A stretch of DNA of 63,893 nt, counting the filler, from Mycoplasmatota bacterium (GTDB lineage: Bacteria; Bacillota_I; Bacilli_A; RF39; UBA660): NCBI GenBank assembly GCA_012727915.1. It is 9 parts of 9 records of this genome, joined end to end, with 100 filler letters (N's around TTAATTAATTAA, not from the genome) between each part and the next. Parts side by side here need not be neighbours in the genome. Positions count along the whole stretch, not along the records: positions 59,213 to 60,878 come from JAAYGD010000016.1; positions 60,979 to 63,893 come from JAAYGD010000017.1; 7 more parts are not named here. One strand, given 5' to 3'. Under the pieces are notes generated by a model. That model searched no databases. It saw only the letters and a list, made by a program, of their open reading frames with translations, and was not told the origin of the DNA. This document shows, piece after piece, positions 59,976-63,893 of this stretch (positions are counted from its first letter, which is position 1; each line of letters begins with the position of its first letter). A program made the position numbers and the translations under genes.

Positions 59976-60611
59976 GTGGCAAGCTGTATATTTTGTTCTA
60001 TAGTAAAGCAAGAAGATAAAGAACTTTGTTCAAAATTAGAAAATACTATTCTTTATGAAGATAATAATGTAATAATTACTCCAGCTCTTGGAATGTCAAT
60101 TGCAAATTATTTAATGATAGTATCAAAAAAACATCTAAATGGTTTTGCTGAACTTAGTGAGAAAGATTTGTTAAAGTTAGAAAGCTTATTAAATAATATA
60201 TGCAACGAATATTTAAAAACATTGGGGGTTTATCCCATCATATTTGAGCATGGTTCTTTATTTGAAGGAAGACATCCGCTTAGCATTACGCATGCCCATA
60301 TGCATATTATTCCAGTTAATTTATCACAAGAAAAAATAACTAGATTGTTCGATGAATTAAAATTAAAACAAGAAGAAAATATAATATCAATTCAAAAGAT
60401 GAAATATAAAGATTACTGGATGTATAGGTCTTCATCCGAAAAATACCATATGTCTAATTCTATAATGGATGCTCCTAGATCTTGTTTTATAAAATTGGTG
60501 GCAGAAGAAAATGGTTTTGATAACTCTTATGAATGGAGAGACAAAGAAAATAACAAAAAAAGTGATATAGAAGAAACAATTAAAACCTTTAATAAATTAA
60601 ATATTCGATGA
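59976..60611 (+). CDS. HIT-like nucleotide hydrolase
   Basis: CIFC, FEHG, HAHMHIIP, YEWR. Confidence 0.8.
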   Translation: MASCIFCSIVKQEDKELCSKLENTILYEDNNVIITPALGMSIANYLMIVSKKHLNGFAELSEKDLLKLESLLNNICNEYLKTLGVYPIIFEHGSLFEGRHPLSITHAHMHIIPVNLSQEKITRLFDELKLKQEENIISIQKMKYKDYWMYRSSSEKYHMSNSIMDAPRSCFIKLVAEENGFDNSYEWRDKENNKKSDIEETIKTFNKLNIR

Positions 60612-60780
60612 GCTAATTTCTTTGTATAATAATTAATAACAGTGATCCTGTTTTCCCGACCATTGATGAATATAAAAGAGGTTTCCAAAAGAGACCTCTT
60701 TTTGTATTATTTAAAATGTATAAAACATCTACATTAATAAAAATAATGTTATAATTAACGATAGAGTTCAAAGCAGGCTT

Positions 60781-60878
60781 GATGATGCAAAAAAGAAAGG
60801 TGATAACCAATTAATTGATCAAGTTCAGTTTGAAGAAATTGAAGATGGATTATGTGTTCAAATGTTGCATAGTGGTTC
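60781..60878 (+). pseudogene. GyrI-like domain protein remnant
   Basis: AKKKG...VQFEEIEDGLCVQMLHSG; in-frame stop upstream and no ATG start. Confidence 0.55.
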
Positions 60879-60978
60879 NNNNNNNNNNNNNNNNNNNNNN
60901 NNNNNNNNNNNNNNNNNNNNNNTTAATTAATTAANNNNNNNNNNNNNNNNNNNNNNNNNNNNNNNNNNNNNNNNNNNN
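60879..60978. other. Artificial contig linker
   Basis: N/TTAATTAATTAA/N spacer. Confidence 0.99.
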
Positions 60979-61249
60979 TATCTCTTATTTGAATAGCAAG
61001 TTCTCTAGTTGGAGATACGATTAAAACTCTAGTTTTTTTATCTAGTTTTTTTTCTCTAATTAACATATCAATAATTGGTAAACCAAAAGCAGCTGTTTTA
61101 CCAGTTCCTGTTTGAGCTAAACCAATTAAGTCTTTCTTTTTTAATATTTCTGGAATTGCTAGTTCTTGAATAGAAGTTACCTCAGTAAAACCTATCTTTT
61201 CAACAGCATCTAATATCACTTTTTCTAATTTTAATTCTTTAAATTTCAT
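60979..61249 (-). CDS. DEAD-box RNA helicase, 3'-partial
   Basis: Q motif, AQTGTGKT, PTRELA. Confidence 0.93.
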
Positions 61250-61537
61250 TATTTCCTCTTTTTCCTGCTAAAGAACTATAACACACTTTTGTGAAATATC
61301 CAAATGAATAAATACAATATCATATTTTTTGTTATATAATATTAATGGTTTACATTTTTTGCTTATTATGTATAATATAAAATAAATGTGAATATTATAG
61401 AATTATAAAGGTAGTTATACGCCAATTCGAACAACTAATTAAAATAATTAAAAATAAAAAACGGTTCAATATATTTAAAAAATAGAGACGGAGAAGACCA
61501 AAAAATAGAAAAAAATTACAAAGAAATTGAGATAAAA

Positions 61538-61798
61538 ATGATTGTCAATTTAATTGGATTATGTGATTATGGAGAAGCAAAATTGGATTTAGTTGATAAT
61601 ATCTTTCATAAAAGTAAGGTTTTATTTAAACATTTTACTTGGCATTCGGATATACCTTTATTTAGTGATGATACAATATTAAATATAGATAGAATAAAAA
61701 TTAAGAAATGGTTGATGAAAATTAATGCTCCATTATATAATGTTCGTGGAAATATCGAAGACATATTAATAAAAATTAAGGAGATTATAAATGATTGA
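61538..61798 (+). CDS. Hypothetical protein or fragment
   Basis: 86-aa ORF overlapping the start of the next gene. Confidence 0.5.
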   Translation: MIVNLIGLCDYGEAKLDLVDNIFHKSKVLFKHFTWHSDIPLFSDDTILNIDRIKIKKWLMKINAPLYNVRGNIEDILIKIKEIIND

Positions 61799-62810
61799 AG
61801 AAACAGTTTTTAGTAATAAGGAATTAATTGATATAGTAAAAAATAAATATGAAATAAATGTTAACAAAGTGCATAAACTTGATAGAGGGAGTGCCAATTT
61901 ATACTCTTTAAATGATGATAAATATATATTAAAAGAATTTCAATCTAAATATTCTAAAGAAGAAATTAATAAAGAGATTGTCATTATAAATCATTTAAAG
62001 AAAGATGGTTTATTGGTTCCTAAATATATTGTTACTATTGATAAAGAGTATTGTTTTATATATAAAAATAAAATAATTATAATGCAAAAATTTATTGATG
62101 GTTATACTATGGAACCAAATACCGGAAATCTTGAACAAGTTATTGAATCAGCTTGTAAATTAGGTAAAATAGTTAAGTCTTTAAAGTCTTTAGAAATAGA
62201 GTTACCTATTAATGATGTATCTTCTTGGTATTCTTTGGATACTCTTAATGAAAGTATTCAAAAACATAAAGATTTATTAAATAAAATAAATGAAAATGAA
62301 TATCCTAATATTTATAAAGATATTAATGAAAAAATATATATGCTTGAATATACAAAAAACAATTATAATTTTGATGAAATGAAAAATTTAACTTTTATGA
62401 ATACACATGGTGATTATAGTGTTCTTCAATTTATTTATAAAAATGAAAAAATAAAATCTATAATTGATTTTGTATCAGCATGTAAGATGCCTATAGTATG
62501 GGAAATAATAAGATCATATAGTTATATAGATATGAAAGCAAAAGATGGAAAAATTGATATTGATAATTTAGTTATTTATGTTAAGGAATTTAATAAATAT
62601 GTTAAATTAAATAAGTATGATTTAAAATATATGTCTTATTTATATCTAATTCAAATATTGTGTAGTACTTTTGGATATAAACAATATATATCAGATAATT
62701 CAAAAACTGAATTATTGAATTTTGCAAGATTTAGAACTAAACTATCTAAATATTTGTTTGAAAATGCTGAATTGATATCAAATATATTAGAAAAAGAAAT
62801 AATAAAATAA
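61791..62810 (+). CDS. APH/homoserine kinase II-like phosphotransferase
   Basis: RGSANLY, YILKEF, THGDYSVLQF, IIDF. Confidence 0.85.
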   Translation: MIEETVFSNKELIDIVKNKYEINVNKVHKLDRGSANLYSLNDDKYILKEFQSKYSKEEINKEIVIINHLKKDGLLVPKYIVTIDKEYCFIYKNKIIIMQKFIDGYTMEPNTGNLEQVIESACKLGKIVKSLKSLEIELPINDVSSWYSLDTLNESIQKHKDLLNKINENEYPNIYKDINEKIYMLEYTKNNYNFDEMKNLTFMNTHGDYSVLQFIYKNEKIKSIIDFVSACKMPIVWEIIRSYSYIDMKAKDGKIDIDNLVIYVKEFNKYVKLNKYDLKYMSYLYLIQILCSTFGYKQYISDNSKTELLNFARFRTKLSKYLFENAELISNILEKEIIK

Positions 62811-62967
62811 GTGAATTATTTGACAGGAGAAGAACCTATGGATTCGTTTGGAATAACTAAATAAAAAACTGATAACTTAAGTTTATTAATAAAGTCTAAA
62901 TGACTTTATTTTTAATTTATACATTTGTATAATAAATATGATAAAATAAATATGGGAGTTGATTGGT

Positions 62968-63893
62968 ATGAGTAAAATATTAAGTACAATGGAATTTGCA
63001 AAACTATTTAACTATTTAGATATAGTTTGGAAGAACAAATACGGAAAAGATATATTATCTTTATATGAAGATAATCCTAATATTTCAAAAGAAGAAATAA
63101 CAAATTACATTATGATAAACATAAGTAATTTTCCTGATGCAGTAAATATAATAAATCAATATGGAGTATATGATATAGTCTATAAATTTTTATATTCAAT
63201 GGGTAACAAAAACATTGTTCGAATAAGTGATGAAACTATAAAAAATTCTAGAAAAAAAGGATTTCAATTACCAATTCCAACTGATGAAAAACAAATTGAA
63301 AGAATATTTTCTGGTTTAAGAAATAATATGGAATTATATGAAAGATTATATAAAGATAAAGTATGGATTATGGAAAGTGAATCTTTAGATGGAGTACCTC
63401 TTAGAAGCGCTAAATTAAGAATGTCTCCAACAAAATTATTTCATCTACTTGGATTTGATTATAGAGTGGATTTAAACCCAAATAGTTTGCCTGAAAATGC
63501 ATCGATATTTACAAATGCATTTAGAAACTCAGAATATGCAATGAAATTATTAAGTGAAAGTGCTGAAAAGACTTTTTATTTATTATTAGAAGAACTAATT
63601 GCAAGTGAAAATACATTTATGGATTCTTTGTTATCTGGAAAAGTTAGTAATGTAGTAAATGTTAATAAATTAGAAATGAAAAGCTATGCTTTTGAAAGAA
63701 TTGGAGCATTAGAAGACGCATCAGGAATGATATTTTTTGATAAAGAATTAGCAAAAGAGCAAGGACATGAAAAGACTACTTTTCATATACCTGGTGATAT
63801 TATTTTAATAAATGATTTTATTAGAAAATATGATTTAGATAACTTATATGGATTGGATTATGTATTTATGCCCTTTGTTAAAACACCAGATAA
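62968..63893 (+). CDS. Hypothetical protein, 3'-partial (not in ORF track)
   Basis: Open frame from ATG 62968 to window end (over 300 codons): MSKILSTMEFAK...KLFHLLGFDY... Confidence 0.8.
   Translation, partial: MSKILSTMEFAKLFNYLDIVWKNKYGKDILSLYEDNPNISKEEITNYIMINISNFPDAVNIINQYGVYDIVYKFLYSMGNKNIVRISDETIKNSRKKGFQLPIPTDEKQIERIFSGLRNNMELYERLYKDKVWIMESESLDGVPLRSAKLRMSPTKLFHLLGFDYRVDLNPNSLPENASIFTNAFRNSEYAMKLLSESAEKTFYLLLEELIASENTFMDSLLSGKVSNVVNVNKLEMKSYAFERIGALEDASGMIFFDKELAKEQGHEKTTFHIPGDIILINDFIRKYDLDNLYGLDYVFMPFVKTPD

Noticed and set aside
2437..60810. Short antisense or nested ORFs in the track (e.g. 7418-7774, 13915-14256, 15826-16173, 43125-43388, 49439-49960, 60613-60810)
   Set aside because: Mostly shadows of well-supported genes, with no recognisable motifs or RBS
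5557..60978. Recurring TTAATTAATTAA within N runs as a repeat family
   Set aside because: Eight identical 100-bp scaffolding linkers with stops in all six frames; not biological
1..63893. CRISPR array, rRNA, tRNA, prophage or TGA-Trp recoding
   Set aside because: No spaced repeats, no GC-rich structural RNA blocks and no phage hallmark genes seen; conserved genes such as rnj end at TGA and use TGG for Trp

Overview
Very AT-rich bacterial DNA read with genetic code 11 (TGA is a stop, Trp is TGG). The window is not one continuous locus. It is nine contigs joined by eight artificial 100-bp linkers (N-run/TTAATTAATTAA/N-run), so synteny across linkers means nothing. Gene content (polA, rnj, rimP-nusA-ylxR-infB-rbfA-truB, rpsO-pnp, gatCAB, hup, pgi, galE, PFOR, LtaS-type sulfatase, Firmicutes-type LexA boxes) fits a reduced-genome Bacilli MAG, plausibly RF39-like (inference). 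Main candidates for something new: (1) tandem genes sharing a 128/129-bp identical 3' end that encodes a VirB2/TrbC-pilin-like hairpin, which in the complete copy follows a Cys-rich head; (2) about 11 unrelated orphan proteins, including two amidoligase-family enzymes and several diverged paralogue pairs, ending in a short basic-x-Leu tail that could be a translocation signal; (3) a DUF5411-like, Ig-like, Cys-rich giant surface protein and a partnerless HerA/FtsK-superfamily ATPase. Together these may hint at an uncharacterised contact/secretion system, but this is inference and the parts lie on different contigs. Also present: an IS30 element with a long nested 3' hairpin, two SOS boxes on unknown genes, a degenerate GGDEF sensor and two deletion-scar pseudogenes. 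No rRNA, tRNA or CRISPR array was seen. Family names come from motif recall, not database searches.
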